Positions 11,600 through 25,743 of a stretch of 64,000 nt of DNA are shown here, in pieces. The notes under the pieces are model-generated. The model did not search any database, was not told the DNA's origin, and saw nothing but the letters and a program-made list of their open reading frames with translations. Numbering within the stretch: the first letter of the stretch is position 1; each line of letters opens with the position of its first letter. Source of the DNA: Octopus bimaculoides (taxonomy: Eukaryota); the NCBI RefSeq assembly GCF_001194135.2, contig NC_068986.1, positions 112,964,266-113,028,265 on the forward strand, written 5' to 3'. The position numbers and the translations under genes were made by a program.

Positions 11600-13250
11600 C
11601 TACTAACAACTCTACCTGTGTATCTATAAACTGTAGACTACCTTCTACATATAATTTCTATCTATTACCGAGGATGTTTCATTTATGAGGAGGTACTCAT
11701 ATTTTTGTCTAAGCGTTGGGTCCTTCGGGTGCTTGGATAAAATGCTGGTCTTTGGCATGTTGGTAGAGTACGGAGAACTGTAGTTTTTTTTTTTTTCGTC
11801 ATGTCTCAAATGTTTATTTAGTCTCTTCGCAATGCTTCTAGATGTCTTACCTATGTATATCATGTTCTGGTCTTTACAAGCACCCTCTATGCATATAATG
11901 CTGTAGACCACTTTTCTAGTTCTACAGTTAATGCCAGAGTTAGTCTTACATACCATGCACTTAACATTGTTGTATGCGATTTTCTCAAGACGGTACGTCC
12001 TACATAGTAGTGATCTGATGGAGTTCCCTGGATTTTCTTAATGCTGAGTTTGGCCTCATTCTGAGCTTATCTAAATCCTCGGGCTTGTTATCCATAGGCT
12101 GCAGCCTCTACAAACATCACCCCTCGATATTTGTCGGTCTCGTACCACGTGTTCACCGTTTGTTTTGTCACAAACTCTTTCTTTGTATCCTATTCCAGTC
12201 TTTACTTTTATATCTAGGGCGGGTTCCACTGGTTTTATTACATATAATGCTATCTATCATCTTTCTAGCTCCCCTTTCTGATCATGCGGCACATGAAGTT
12301 CAGCGCATGTTTCTTTGTTTCATAGGGACACGTTGTTCATTATCCTAATCTGTTGATTTTCATTTTGTGTGACAAAGCGGAATTCTTGTGAGTAACATAT
12401 TTAGAAACTATTGGTTTCATATAACAGGAATGGAGGAGCTTCACTCTGTTGTTCATAGTCTCTAGCCAAATTTCAGTATCAAGTACAGAGAGTCTATTGT
12501 TAGGGTTTCCTAGTGGGGGTAATCTATAGTTACCTTGATACTTTGTTAGATAGAGTTCGCTACGTACTGGATGCTCTCCATTATGCTCCTCTCGGTTTCT
12601 ACACAACAGTTAGAAGAAGTTTATCTTAACTAGAAAATTAATGTCATCTACATACCTACAGTAAATCAAAAAGTTGTGGATTGTTCCGCTAAAGGTCGTT
12701 CAAGTTTTCTGTCCAACCAGGTCTTGAAGAAGCTGGCCACATCTCCAGTCACACCGACACCAAATGGCTGCACATTGAATCTGCATATATAGTTTCCTGT
12801 AAAATATGCTATGTGGTTCTTCAAAGTGGTTCTTATACTATCCCCTATTGCATTTGCAATCACTCTCTTGACCTGAATGTTGTTCTCCTGACTTCTAAAT
12901 ACTGCGTTTAAAAGCAAAACCCTTTGAACAAGTCGAATGCTGCCTTCAATGCAAAACATCTTGATTCCCAATATTTACATATTCTTTTCAACTCTAGGCG
13001 CAAGGCGCGAAATTTTTGGGAAGTGGGGAGGCCAGTCGATTAGATCGACCTCAGTACGCAACTGGTACTTAATTTATCGACCCTGAAAGGATGAACGGCA
13101 AAGCCGACCCCGGCAGAGTTTGAACTCAGAACGTAAAGACAGACGAAATACAGTTGAGCATTTCGCCCGGAGTCCTTGTAATATTTACATATTGTCATAT
13201 TTAGGATTCTCCACATAGCGTTCAACTGTTAAAAATGATAGACATACATA
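11600..13250 (-). mobile_element. Penelope-like retroelement (RT + C-terminal GIY-YIG endonuclease), 5'-truncated and degraded
   Basis: Minus strand: QPFGVGVTGDVASFFKTWLDRK, LIYCRYVDD (~12642-12660), LSVLDTEI, YMKPIVSKYVTHKNSAL, VMFVE, then KCMVCKTNSGINCRTRKVVYSIICIEGACKDQNMIYIGKTSRSIAKRLNKH (VVY-YIG GIY-YIG motif with Cys pair). Confidence 0.9.
12984..13179 (-). mobile_element. SINE family 3 nested in the Penelope-like element, with 14-bp target-site duplication
   Basis: AATATTTACATATT at 12970-12983 and 13180-13193 flanks the SINE; B-box-like gagttcaaactc on the minus strand. Confidence 0.88.
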
Positions 13251-13850
13251 CTTATATAAATATATATATACATATACATACATGTGTGTGCTTGTGCGCG
13301 TGCATGTATGTATGTATATATCTACGTATGCATGTATGTACGAATGTATGCATGTAAGCATATGTATATGTATGCATGTACGCATGTATGTATGTATTTA
13401 ACTATGTACTGCGGGAAACATGCTTAAAAAAAGATTAAGGTAATCGTATCGTACTTGAACATATTCTGTATAAACACTAAACATTTCTGCGTTTATCGTC
13501 GAGAAAATTCATGCTCACAACTGACATCTAATGCCGGTCTATGTCTTTGACATCTGATCCGGATGTGCCATACTAAGTGAACTTGATTAATGCAAGGGCA
13601 GCTGGAACATTTGCAGGTCAAGGATTATCAAGACACATAATACCAAGAAATAAAGGGGGAGTGGGGGAAGGAATGAATGTTGTTTTATATGTTGCATCAT
13701 ATTTTTTTCTTTTGTTTGACACTGATGTTCATCGTATCCTAGTTGCAGACACAGAAACGTAATTATTCGTGCTTTTGGATATCATTATTTTCCACATTGC
13801 CATTTATTGCTTACATATATTTGCAAAACGTGTATACTTTCATATAATCA

Positions 13851-13906
<56 letters not shown>

Positions 13907-14769
13907 NNNNNNNNNNNNNNNNNNNNNNNNNNNNNNNNNNNNNNNNNNNNNNNNNNNNNNNNNNNNNNNNNNNNNNNNNNNNNNNNNNNNNNNNNNNNNN
14001 NNNNNNNNNNNNNNNNNNNNNNNNNNNNNNNNNNNNNNNNNNNNNNNNNNNNNNNNNNNNNNNNNNNNNNNNNNNNNNNNNNNNNNNNNNNNNNNNNNNN
14101 NNNNNNNNNNNNNNNNNNNNNNNNNNNNNNNNNNNNNNNNNNNNNNNNNNNNNNNNNNNNNNNNNNNNNNNNNNNNNNNNNNNNNNNNNNNNNNNNNNNN
14201 NNNNNNNNNNNNNNNNNNNNNNNNNNNNNNNNNNNNNNNNNNNNNNNNNNNNNNNNNNNNNNNNNNNNNNNNNNNNNNNNNNNNNNNNNNNNNNNNNNNN
14301 NNNNNNNNNNNNNNNNNNNNNNNNNNNNNNNNNNNNNNNNNNNNNNNNNNNNNNNNNNNNNNNNNNNNNNNNNNNNNNNNNNNNNNNNNNNNNNNNNNNN
14401 NNNNNNNNNNNNNNNNNNNNNNNNNNNNNNNNNNNNNNNNNNNNNNNNNNNNNNNNNNNNNNNNNNNNNNNNNNNNNNNNNNNNNNNNNNNNNNNNNNNN
14501 NNNNNNNNNNNNNNNNNNNNNNNNNNNNNNNNNNNNNNNNNNNNNNNNNNNNNNNNNNNNNNACAAGAATATACATACGTATACACATACATATCTGCAC
14601 TAAAACATAATATACATACATACACACAGATAAACAAGCGATTCAGCAAAGACAAAAATTAAATAAATAGACCTACATACAAATATACATACATGCACAT
14701 AAAAACATACACAAAAAATACATGAACATATATACACAAAAAAACCTAAGTGATTCAACTGGAAAAAAA

Positions 14770-15598
14770 TATGATGTGGAAAGATCAATTTGTCAGAAAA
14801 AGCAAAAGGAAACCACTACATCAGATCTAAAAGGTTCTTAAACAAACTGAAAAATCCAGCAGAAGAAGATTTCATTTGTTTTTTGTCAAACGAGAAAAAA
14901 CTTCGACCAAGTTCAAAAAGTTAACAAGAAATTACAAATAGTTATGTACAGACTTTTCTGAAGTTCCAAGTTTTATGCATAAGAAAATTCCTGAAACTGT
15001 CATGAATTTAGGGATTGTCAGCAATGAAGGACACATGATGCCTCCTTACTTCTTTCCATAAGGCCTTAGAGTTAACTCTGCCGCCTACAGTGAGGTCCAG
15101 GAAACGATTGTTAAACTCTGGATAGGCATTGCATGCAATGGAGGGTCATATGTGTTTCAGTAAAACGCTGCACTATCACACATGACTCTAGTAACAATGG
15201 AATGGATGGCTGAAGATAATCCCTAACATTTGGCCCCCAAATTTCCAAAGATCTCAATCTATTGGACTATTATAAGTGGATCGTTGTTGCGAGAGATGCC
15301 AAGCAAGACGCTCATAAAACAAAGATTCTTTGAAAGCTGCCATAGTCAGAGTAATGTCTAAAATGAACCAGGAGCACTTGATTCGAGGATGTAGATGATT
15401 TAGATCTCATACAGAAGCAGTTGTTGAAGCTGAAGGTGGCTTTACTGAATAACATTATAGAAAAGAATGTTTATTTTTATCCTCAGAGCATTTTTTGATA
15501 AATAAAATTATAATCAGTTATAATATATCTGTTTATAATATATCCTCTTAAAAAAATATCTGTTATATTATATCCTCAAATATCTTACGCACCCTGTA
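14770..15598 (+). mobile_element. Tc1/mariner transposase fragment (maT/DD37D-like) with right TIR
   Basis: Degraded reading: RSKRFLNKLKNP, F(L)SNEKNFDQ, MNLGIVSNEGHMMPPYFFP, YVFQ*NAALSH, NIWPP..DLNLLDY, GGFTE*. Ends caccctgta at 15598, the reverse complement of the tacagggtg end I associate with this group. The DD37D assignment is from recalled motifs. Confidence 0.82.
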
Positions 15599-16251
15599 GA
15601 TACAACTGCATCTGGAGGAATCTTCTTAATATTGTAAGCATATACATCAGATTTAATTGTTCTTTTTATGTCTCAAAATTAAAGGCTGTTACAGCGAAAG
15701 GTTCCACAAACTCCAACAAAGGTCTTTGGAAATAAGTTTCTTCCAATATAATTTAGACGTCGACAAGACATGTGTATACATTAAGTATACATTAAACACG
15801 TATGTGTCTATGCATACGAGGACTCAGGAGCGCACGCGTGGCTTCAGGGATGATATTGCATATTTCGGTCGTCATACCTACTAAACCTCATCAAATATCC
15901 TTATGCTTTTGAGAGCATGGTGTTACTAGCACTTGATGAGTATAATATCTTTGCGGTTTACTGAAATCCGACACCACTAGATAGATTAGGAAGGAAGCAT
16001 TGTGCCACGGCTCGATTTACTCCAAAAGTTCTTGAGGGACGCTGCATTATATAAACCGTTTGGGATAATTAAAGAAATCTCATCTGTCAGCTTAAATATA
16101 ATTTCTTACTAATTTTAAACGTCCTGAATATATCTTTTCAGCTGCTGATTTCAAGAACGGTACACACACACACACACACACGCACACACACATATATATG
16201 TATGTATGTATGTCAATTTAACAGACTACTAAACAACACTATCTGTATATA

Positions 16252-16287
<36 letters not shown>

Positions 16288-16301
16288 AACTGTCAGGAGA
16301 G

Positions 16302-16363
<62 letters not shown>

Positions 16364-16395
16364 GGAGATAGATAGATATATATATATATAGATAG
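16302..16395. repeat. (GATA)n tetranucleotide array
   Basis: Directly visible. Confidence 0.95.
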
Positions 16396-17684
16396 ATAGC
16401 TATGTATATGTATCCAAATACACAGACTCATATATACATATATATATTTGCATACAAATATACATACATGCATCTCTTTAGAGTGTTAGATCATTATGCA
16501 AGAATATTCAACCATCGTTCGTTGAAATGTTATCTGATAATGTCCTCCACCTTATTGCAGTTCATATATTTTGTAAAAGTATAATGGTTCGTACGCATTT
16601 CATTAGATAATGTTATAATAATGCCTTCGCATCTCATACGTGTATATTAGTTATCAAGTTAATTTCTTCTTTTCTTTTACTTGTTTCAATGATCAGACGC
16701 GGCTATGTTAGGGACCAACTTGAATGTTAAATACTTTCTAATGTGAATAACGATGTTTATGTTAAATCCTGGGACATGTATTGTGTTCTACCTCTTGGAA
16801 ACAATTTCCTACGCTATTGTCTCGTTTCCGCGGCGTATCCCTGGATTTCTTGCTATTTTCTTAGAAGATCCAAGATTGACTGTCGCTTTGAAATAGTCTG
16901 GGAATGTAGACATGGATGGATATTTGGCGATAAATAAGTTTACACGTTATTTTAATTATTTGAGCGCATAACAGTGAACCGTGTCTTCCAGTATGTGCTG
17001 ACAATGACATTAACTATTCTGCGGTTCCGAAGTAATGCTATATTCTTCTTTATGTGCACATATACACACAGATACACATAGATACATACACGTAAACATA
17101 AACATCTATATGTATGGGAGAAATTACGAAAAAAAAACAACAGACGAAGACAGGTGGTTTAAACAACGAGGAGATGTATTAGTTTAACGCTGGGGAATAG
17201 AGAAATTCTTTGACGTTTCGAGTCTACGCTCTTCAACTGAAAGGAACACAGAAAGAAATAAGGAGAGAAACAAGGAGAGAAACAAGGAGAGAAAAATATA
17301 CATGTAGTGGTCAGCGATCTATCATATATATATACATATATATATACATATATATGTATNNNNNNNNNNNNNNNNNNNNNNNNNNNNNNNNNNNNNNNNN
17401 NNNNNNNNNNNNNNNNNNNNNNNNNNNNNNNNNNNNNNNNNNNNNNNNNNNNNNNNNNNNNNNNNNNNNNNNNNNNNNNNNNNNNNNNNNNNNNNNNNNN
17501 NNNNNNNNNNNNNNNNNNNNNNNNNNNNNNNNNNNNNNNNNNNNNNNNNNNNNNNNNNNNNNNNNNNNNNNNNNNNNNNNNNNNNNNNNNNNNNNNNNNN
17601 NNNNNNNNNNNNNNNNNNNNNNNNNNNNNNNNNNNNNNNNNNNNNNNNNNNNNNNNNNNNNNNNNNNNNNNNNNNNNNNNNNNN

Positions 17685-17730
<46 letters not shown>

Positions 17731-18167
17731 TGTGCGTGCTGTCTCCTCTTTACACTTGCTGTCGGGGATCATACGTACTGTCTTAGGATCTAATGAAGCT
17801 GCCTGTAGCAAAGCTATCGTCAGTATTGTTGAGATAAATTTAAACAAACCTTGTTGATCCTGACAGTCGGGCCTTTTCTGAATCGAAGGTAATCATTTGT
17901 GTTGCGTGTGTCAGAGAGGACACTACTTCTGCGAAAATCTGATAATTTGGGGAGATTCGATGTCTATTGTTTTAATCATAAACATTTCCGTATTCTTTAT
18001 ATCATAAGGGACAAAGCAACCTAATCATTTATTTTAACCGTCAATACCAAAATCATCGATGATTCAGGTAATGCGTTGGCACTATTTTACATATTATATA
18101 TAACACTAAAAATGTACAGGATATTATTTATCGCTAAGAGTGTAATGATATGTAGAAAAAAAAAGAA

Positions 18168-18550
18168 GAGTGACTGAATGGTAAGTAGCTTGTTTACCAA
18201 CCACATGTTTACGGGTTAAGTCCCACTGCATGGCACCTTGGGCATGTGCCTTCTACTATAGCCTTGGGCCGACCAAATCCTTGTGAGTGGGTTTGGTAGA
18301 CAGAAACTGAAAGAAATCCGTCGTATATAAATATATATATATATATATGTTTGTATGTGTGTGTTTGTCACCCAACATTGCTTGGCAGCCGATGGTGGTG
18401 TGTTTACGTCCCCGTAACTTAGCGGTTCGGCAAAATAGATCTGATAGAATAAGTACTAGGCTTACAAAGAATAAGTCGATTTGTTCCACTAAAGGCGGTG
18501 CTCCGGCATGGCCGCAGTCAAGTGACTGAAACAAATAAAAGAAAAAAAAA
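18168..18550 (+). mobile_element. tRNA-derived SINE, family 1, near full length
   Basis: Head with A-box-like gtgactgaatggt and B-box-like gggttaagtccc, then ggcaccttgggca, an internal (AT)/(TG) tract, and an A-rich tail aaataaaagaaaaaaaaa. Confidence 0.9.
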
Positions 18551-19697
18551 GAAACAACTAAAGTTATCCAATCAGTTTTATGTTTCCATGACAGCCTATA
18601 ATCTGTATATTTGCTGGAATTTTTATACTTGACCAACTGAAATTAACTTTCTAAACTGACCGCTTGTCAGTGTTTCTGCATGATTTTCTTAGAAACCACG
18701 ATTCTACGATATTTGCGATTATTGCCAAAATGATGGTTTTGAAAGCGTCGCATAACTAGACAGCCCATGGGTACGGAGATGGATTATTAAATTTACTCCG
18801 TGAAATTATCAATAGCTAAATTACTAGAAACGAAATTATGATATATCTTAAGGGAAGCAAGCGTCGCTTTCAGAAGCCAAAGGGGACGACCGTTCATATC
18901 AATTAGTACACCAATAACCCTAGATATAACTAGCAACTTACGACTAGGTATTAACACGTGTAATTATCACCCGATGTAGTAATTTTCGACAGAATACAGC
19001 TGTATCCAGCAGCTCCGGCCACTGCGTATACATTCCGACGTGGCTGCCTTTGAATGTATTGCGATGAACGACACGCCTTTCTAATTTCTATCTCAAATTT
19101 ATATGGCTCTTTCGTATTACGATTATAGAATTCATGTTTCAATGTGTTATATGAGAATTACTCATTCTATGATACTACAAAAGCTGTTATAAGAAAGGAA
19201 TATCTCCATCTTTCGAACTATTATGAAATAGCAAAACAAAGGTTTGCTTTTAATTCGAACGGTTTACAAAATACTTTGAATTATTTGAATTTAAAACAAC
19301 AGTCCATTCTTTCAGCTATCACGAAAATAGTGCACAGCTAAGCTTTTAGTCGGTTTGTACTGAAATACGTGAAAGAAAGATTGAAACGGCGACATAGGCA
19401 AATAGAAAATTCTATACATATGCACACGTATATAATTTCAACTTTATATGTATAGATATTTATGAAATATCTAAATGTTTTATAAGCGTATATTTAGATG
19501 TGTGTGTGTATGTGTGTGTGTGTGTGTCTGTGTTTGTGTGTGTTTGCATTTGCGTTTGCGTGTGCGTGTGCGTGTATGTATGTGCACGTGTGTATGTATG
19601 AATACATAGATAAATATATATATGTATGTTTGTGAATGTGTGTATGCATATGTATATACACGCGTGTCTACTTGTGTAGAGATTATGTGTATGCATG

Positions 19698-19745
<48 letters not shown>

Positions 19746-19895
19746 TATATTCACACAATGTATAAAAGCAGCCATTAATAAGTAATTTGAGCGGCCATTT
19801 TTCCCTATGGCGTATTCTCAAGTTATGTAATAAGCCTATACATTAATCCAATACACCACGGAGATTATAGTCATAGTTTCACTACCGCAATTTAC

Positions 19896-19937
<42 letters not shown>

Positions 19938-20313
19938 ACATACAGTTATATTCCTTGAGACAGCGATACTCTCAAAATTAGTAGCTGACAATTAGTGGAA
20001 AACAAAACCAATTTATATTTCTTAACGTAATAAAGAATAATTGTTGTTATGAATTACAGTTGAAATTAGCATTAATACGTTTATATTCATTGAGTCTCTG
20101 CATATATATATATACATATGTGTATGTTTAAACTCGCCTGGCAAATCAATTAACAGTAATTAATTAAATGTCTTAGAATTTGTAATGCATACTCAGTGGT
20201 ATAAATCACAATTTCAAAGTTAAATATTATAAGCAACAAACAATCTTTTCATCACGAAATGTTATGATTAAACAAAACGAAAAGTTGTTTACGTAACCAG
20301 AAGTTATCTACAG

Positions 20314-20409
20314 AATGTAATGTGGTCATTGTTAATATTATCTCTGATGAAGAAAATGCAAGAAGGATTCAACGAGGTTGTCCTCTGCACAACTGTGTGG
20401 CGCAGACGT
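20314..20409 (+). CDS. Candidate 96-nt internal exon (symmetric, Cys-containing)
   Basis: ttatctacag| ... |gtgagt. Phase 1 reads CNVVIVNIISDEENARRIQRGCPLHNCVAQT; phase 0 is also open. The acceptor is weakened by a nearby upstream AG. Confidence 0.25.
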
Positions 20410-22482
20410 GTGAGTGCGTTCCTCTCTTTCTTTCTCTGAGTCTTCCTCGCCGTCTCCCTTTTCCCCTCTCTTTCTGTGAGTACACACTAGTAGTTATTTC
20501 TATATCTTTCATCCTTTGTCTCTATATGCATAGGTAAGTGTGCGCCTATGTCTATAAATACGTGTATGTATATGTATCTACATAAACTTGTGCGCGTATA
20601 CATACGTGTATATATATATATACATATACACACACGTATTGAAATAGATGAAATAAATATAGTCATATGTCTTCATATGTATACGTGTCTGTGTGTGTGT
20701 GTGTGTGTGTCCAAGCGCGCGTGATTGTGTAAATACTAATTTTTACTATTCATAGAACCTCCAATAAAATTGCAAACGCTGTTCCAAGCGCTTATTGTTG
20801 TTGTTGTTGTTGCTGTTGTTTACGTCTCCGCTTTACCATTTTCATCGCTGTTCCTTGTTATGATATTCTGAACACTTAATTATTTATATATTGTTTTGAT
20901 TTCATTCATTCTTTTTACCAACATTTTTAGCAATTATGTGTTAGTATTAATTATTTCTATTTGATTCCATTGTATAAAACTTGAATTTAAGCTGGGAATA
21001 GATAACGAACTACTTTTCAAAATGGTTTTCTACAGGAGGCTGACATTGTCTTGATATTCCTGTGGATCTTATTTGTTATTTTAGTTTTCGTAGGCGAACG
21101 TATTGCAGACCTAAGGGTCACTAACACTCGGACACTCACTAATAAGGCAAGATGTTTATTGAAACATTTCTTTTTTTCATGTGGTGGTTGAGATTTTAAT
21201 CGCATTTATCTGCTTTACCATTTTGTTCTTATGTGTTGACCGAGTGAAAAAGTGTTCAAAATCGTTTCACTATTTCAGATTATACAACACTACATAAGAC
21301 AAACTGTACTTATATTTCCAAAATTATCGGGCGATATTTCAGAGAAAATTGCAATTTGTTGGAATTCAAGGGACGACGTAGAGCGTCCCGACTTCATGTT
21401 GATTTGATGTATTTGAAATTGATAAATGAAAGGTAATATCAGGTGGAACCGATTTATGATGAAAGAAAATTTGTCCGCAAACTCTTAATCTTTCCCATGT
21501 GTATTCTGTCCTTTTTCGAAAACGCTGCATATGATTGATCGCCATTTGGCAAGCTGAGCAATTACCTTCGCTTGATTCTTCCATCTACATATTTTGTATT
21601 CTAGAAATATTGACCAGGATTTACTTTCGTCAATGTATGATCGTGTGTTGTTTGGAATCACACATAAGAACGGTGGGTAAGTATGAAATATTTCCTAGTT
21701 TAATAACCTTCCGCTTTGCTTGTAACCATATACTGGCTATCATTTACCAGGCATCTGTTTACGTTTTAAGATTAAAACAATTGTAATTCAATAAAAAAAA
21801 ACAAAATATGAGACTAATTGTAGAGAGGTTTAACACATTGCCATGTAAGCGATCGCGTGATTACGTTTCTGTATAAGATTGTATATAAACATAAAAAAAA
21901 GAATGTAATTAGTTTTCTGTGCATATAGGTAGCGTGTCCTGGAAGCTAATAACTATGAGTGACGCATTTTGAAACAGGGCCTTCTGAGACCAAAATATTA
22001 GACAATGGATGTCAAAGAATACAATTCAGTAGATAGGCACCTGATAAACAATTGCTTCATCTCTCCTCCTTCGTATCCGAACGTAACCTTAAGAATCAAC
22101 GAATTATTTCAAGAACAAGCAAATCACTTCAAATTTAATTAAATTCCAGTCATTCCATTCTGAATGAAAATTCCCGTGAGGTACTAACCTGTCTGAAGAT
22201 GGCATGTATTTAGAGAAGTGTGAGTAACAAGCAGACTTTACACAGAAAAGTTCAAGCACATCAGATTTGTTTGCACACTGCTCTGATCAATATGGCATTG
22301 ATAAAACGGCCAGTTTTAAAATTTCACCAGGATATTTGTCAAATAATAGTAAAAAAAATTCTAATTTAATAAATCGCTTTTCTATTTTATAGACCAATAT
22401 ATATATTTTTTTAGAAATAGACAGAGTAGAAGCAGCACTCGCTTACATACCATTTCACATCTTACATACACACATACAGACA

Positions 22483-22514
<32 letters not shown>

Positions 22515-24025
22515 TACACACACACACACATACATACATAAACACACGCATGCACACAGAGATATGTATATGTCGGTATGTATCAATGAATGTATATATG
22601 AATATGAATATGTATGCATGTGCATGTAGTGTATATGTGTATATGCATATATAGATATGTGTATGTACATATATATATATATATATATANNNNNNNNNNN
22701 NNNNNNNNNNNNNNNNNNNNNNNNNNNNNNNNNNNNNNNNNNNNNNNNNNNNNNNNNNNNNNNNNNNNNNNNNNNNNNNNNNNNNNNNNNNNNNNNNNNN
22801 NNNNNNNNNNNNNNNNNNNNNNNNNNNNNNNNNNNNNNNNNNNNNNNNNNNNNNNNNNNNNNNNNNNNNNNNNNNNNNNNNNNNNNNNNNNNNNNNNNNN
22901 NNNNNNNNNNNNNNNNNNNTATATACACATACACTAATCTAATATATATCTTTATATAATTATTTCCTTTCAGATTCCATGTCGTAAATTTATCAGTCGC
23001 TTTTACACAATTTGGCACGAGCCGAAACCTCATTGTTGTTTGAACTTTAACATTTATTTTCAACGTTACAATGCAAATACGATTCTTGTGTAGAAACTTT
23101 AATCAGAAATCTTTAAATCCTTCAAAGGTCACATGTACGCATGAAAGAACTTTACAATTTCAGATCCTCCAACCGTATTGTTGTCCATAGAATTGTGCGT
23201 TCCTCTCTTCACTTCTATGTTTCCGTTATGTATTATGATTCTAAATTCAATATTAACAAGATTTCACGAAAGAAAATGGCAGAATAGCAAAATCATTCAA
23301 TAACCTGAGAAGCCTAAGGAAACATAACTTTAATATGTGAATAATTGTCACCGTCATATTTCATGTAACGTTTTTTTTGGGGGTTTTTTCCGAAAGCAGC
23401 CAAAAATACAAAAGCCAAAGAATACATTTGTAAATACGGGGCAGCTTATTGAGGTTAAGCAATCAGTTTACTTGCATAAATCCAACAAACATTTGAAATT
23501 TCTACTTCCATATTTGCGTTATATTCACGTAACTCATATCAAGTCATTTAACTTTTTTTCATCGCTCATCATTCGATCTTTTATTTGTTTCTGTCGTTCA
23601 ACTGCAGCTATATTAAGGCTTAAAGGGCTTTAATCGGACATATTAACCCCAGTACTTATCCTATTCGTGTCTTTTGCCGAACCGCTTGGTAATGTCCGAG
23701 GTTTTCCCTTCATTTTTACACGTTTAAGAATCGATAAGTTTAAACTGCAATACCATCATCATATTTCGGCTGGGAAGCTCAAGAAACTGGAGCCTTTGAA
23801 ATATTTTCTGTGTGTAGCTAGAACTGTTCACATTACGTAATACATAGATATTCCAATAAAAAGATGGAAGCAACGTGATATAGTAAAACTTACGAACAAT
23901 TTAATTCTATTCAAACGCAGAAATAAAATGCAGCCGACCAACAGACTAACATCAAATACAACTTGTGTATGTCTGTTCGATTTGCTTTATATACTCCAAT
24001 CTGCTTCTAATTTATACATAAGTAC

Positions 24026-24067
<42 letters not shown>

Positions 24068-24874
24068 ATGTATGTATANNNNNNNNNNNNNNNNNNNNNN
24101 NNNNNNNNNNNNNNNNNNNNNNNNNNNNNNNNNNNNNNNNNNNNNNNNNNNNNNNNNNNNNNNNNNNNNNNNNNNNNNNNNNNNNNNNNNNNNNNNNNNN
24201 NNNNNNNNNNNNNNNNNNNNNNNNNNNNNNNNNNNNNNNNNNNNNNNNNNNNNNNNNNNNNNNNNNNNNNNNNNNNNNNNNNNNNNNNNNNNNNNNNNNN
24301 NNNNNNNNNNNNNNNNNNNNNNNNNNNNNNNNNNNNNNNNNNNNNNNNNNNNNNNNNNNNNNNNNNNNNNNNNNNNNNNNNNNNNNNNNNNNNNNNNNNN
24401 NNNNNNNNNNNNNNNNNNNNNNNNNNNNNNNNNNNNNNNNNNNNNNNNNNNNNNNNNNNNNNNNNNNNNNNNNNNNNNNNNNNNNNNNNNNNNNNNNNNN
24501 NNNNNNNNNNNNNNNNNNNNNNNNNNNNNNNNNNNNNNNNNNNNNNNNNNNNNNNNNNNNNNNNNNNNNNNNNNNNNNNNNNNNNNNNNNNNNNNNNNNN
24601 NNNNNNNNNNNNNNNNNNNNNNNNNNNNNNNNNNNNNNNNNNNNNNNNNNNNNNNNNNNNNNNNNNNNNNNNNNNNNNNNNNNNNNNNNNNNNNNNNNNN
24701 NNNNNNNNNNNNNNNNNNNNNNNNNNNNNNNNNNNNNNNNNNNNNNNNNNNNNNNNNNNNNNNNNNNNNNNNNNNNNNNNNNNNNNNNNNNNNNNNNNNN
24801 NNNNNNNNNNNNNNNNNNNNNNNNNNNNNNNNNNNNNNNNNNNNNNNNNNNNNNNNNNNNNNNNNNNNNNNNNN

Positions 24875-24910
<36 letters not shown>

Positions 24911-25101
24911 CACACACACATATATATATATATATACATACACACACACACATATATATATATATAGATAGATAGATAGATAGACACATAGATAGGTAGG
25001 TAGGTAGATAGATAAGCTGGTTAAGTTCACATCGATCGCTATCATGAGCTCAATAGTAGGGAGCATATAAGAGTTTGGTAAAACGCTGTGAGGGAATATA
25101 G

Positions 25102-25312
25102 GTTTCAAATTTTAGAACAAGGCCAGCAATTTCGTGGAAGGTTTAGTTGATTGGATTCCCCCCATCCCGTGTTTAACTAGCATTTATTTTATCGAACCTG
25201 AAATGATGAAAGACGAAGTAGGTCGGAATTTGAACTCTGAATGTAAGGAGAGACGAAATACCGCTAAGCATTTCGCCCGGCATGCTAACGCGTCTGCCAT
25301 CTCGCGGCCTTA
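25102..25312 (-). mobile_element. SINE family 3
   Basis: ttcaaatttt.gaacaaggccagcaattt...ttatcgaacc.gaaatgatgaaag...gaatttgaactctgaa...ctaagcatttcgcccggcatgctaacg. Confidence 0.88.
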
Positions 25313-25609
25313 CTCTAAGAATTGTTAGAACAATTTTAAAGAAGATTAGTTTGTTTTGGCTGAGAAATGCAAAAGGACCAAAATTATGTTCTTTGCTTCG
25401 TTCCGATTCGACGACACTTATATCTTTCTTCCACATATGGGAACATTTTTTAAAATCTGCGTTCCGGACATGAATTGATTGTCATGAATATAAATGTGAA
25501 GATATTTGTGCGCATGTGTGTGTGTTTATGTGTGTGAGAGTGCGTGTATTTGTGTGTGCGTATGTGTCTATACTCATATGTATGCATGCTGTATGTAAGT
25601 ATATTCGTC

Positions 25610-25743
<134 letters not shown>

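Noticed and set aside
17730-17847. Signal-peptide-like ORF FKFISTILTIALLQAASL on the minus strand
   Set aside because: Starts at TTG, has no convincing donor, and runs into (CA)n and a gap.
18168-18240. tRNA genes at SINE heads (also 28920-28980, 44131, 51000)
   Set aside because: Only degenerate A/B boxes continuing into SINE bodies; no cloverleaf could be supported.
21341-21410. Kinase-like CW...RPDF motif (EKIAICWNSRDDVERPDF)
   Set aside because: Spacing is off, a stop follows at once, and no other kinase exon was found.
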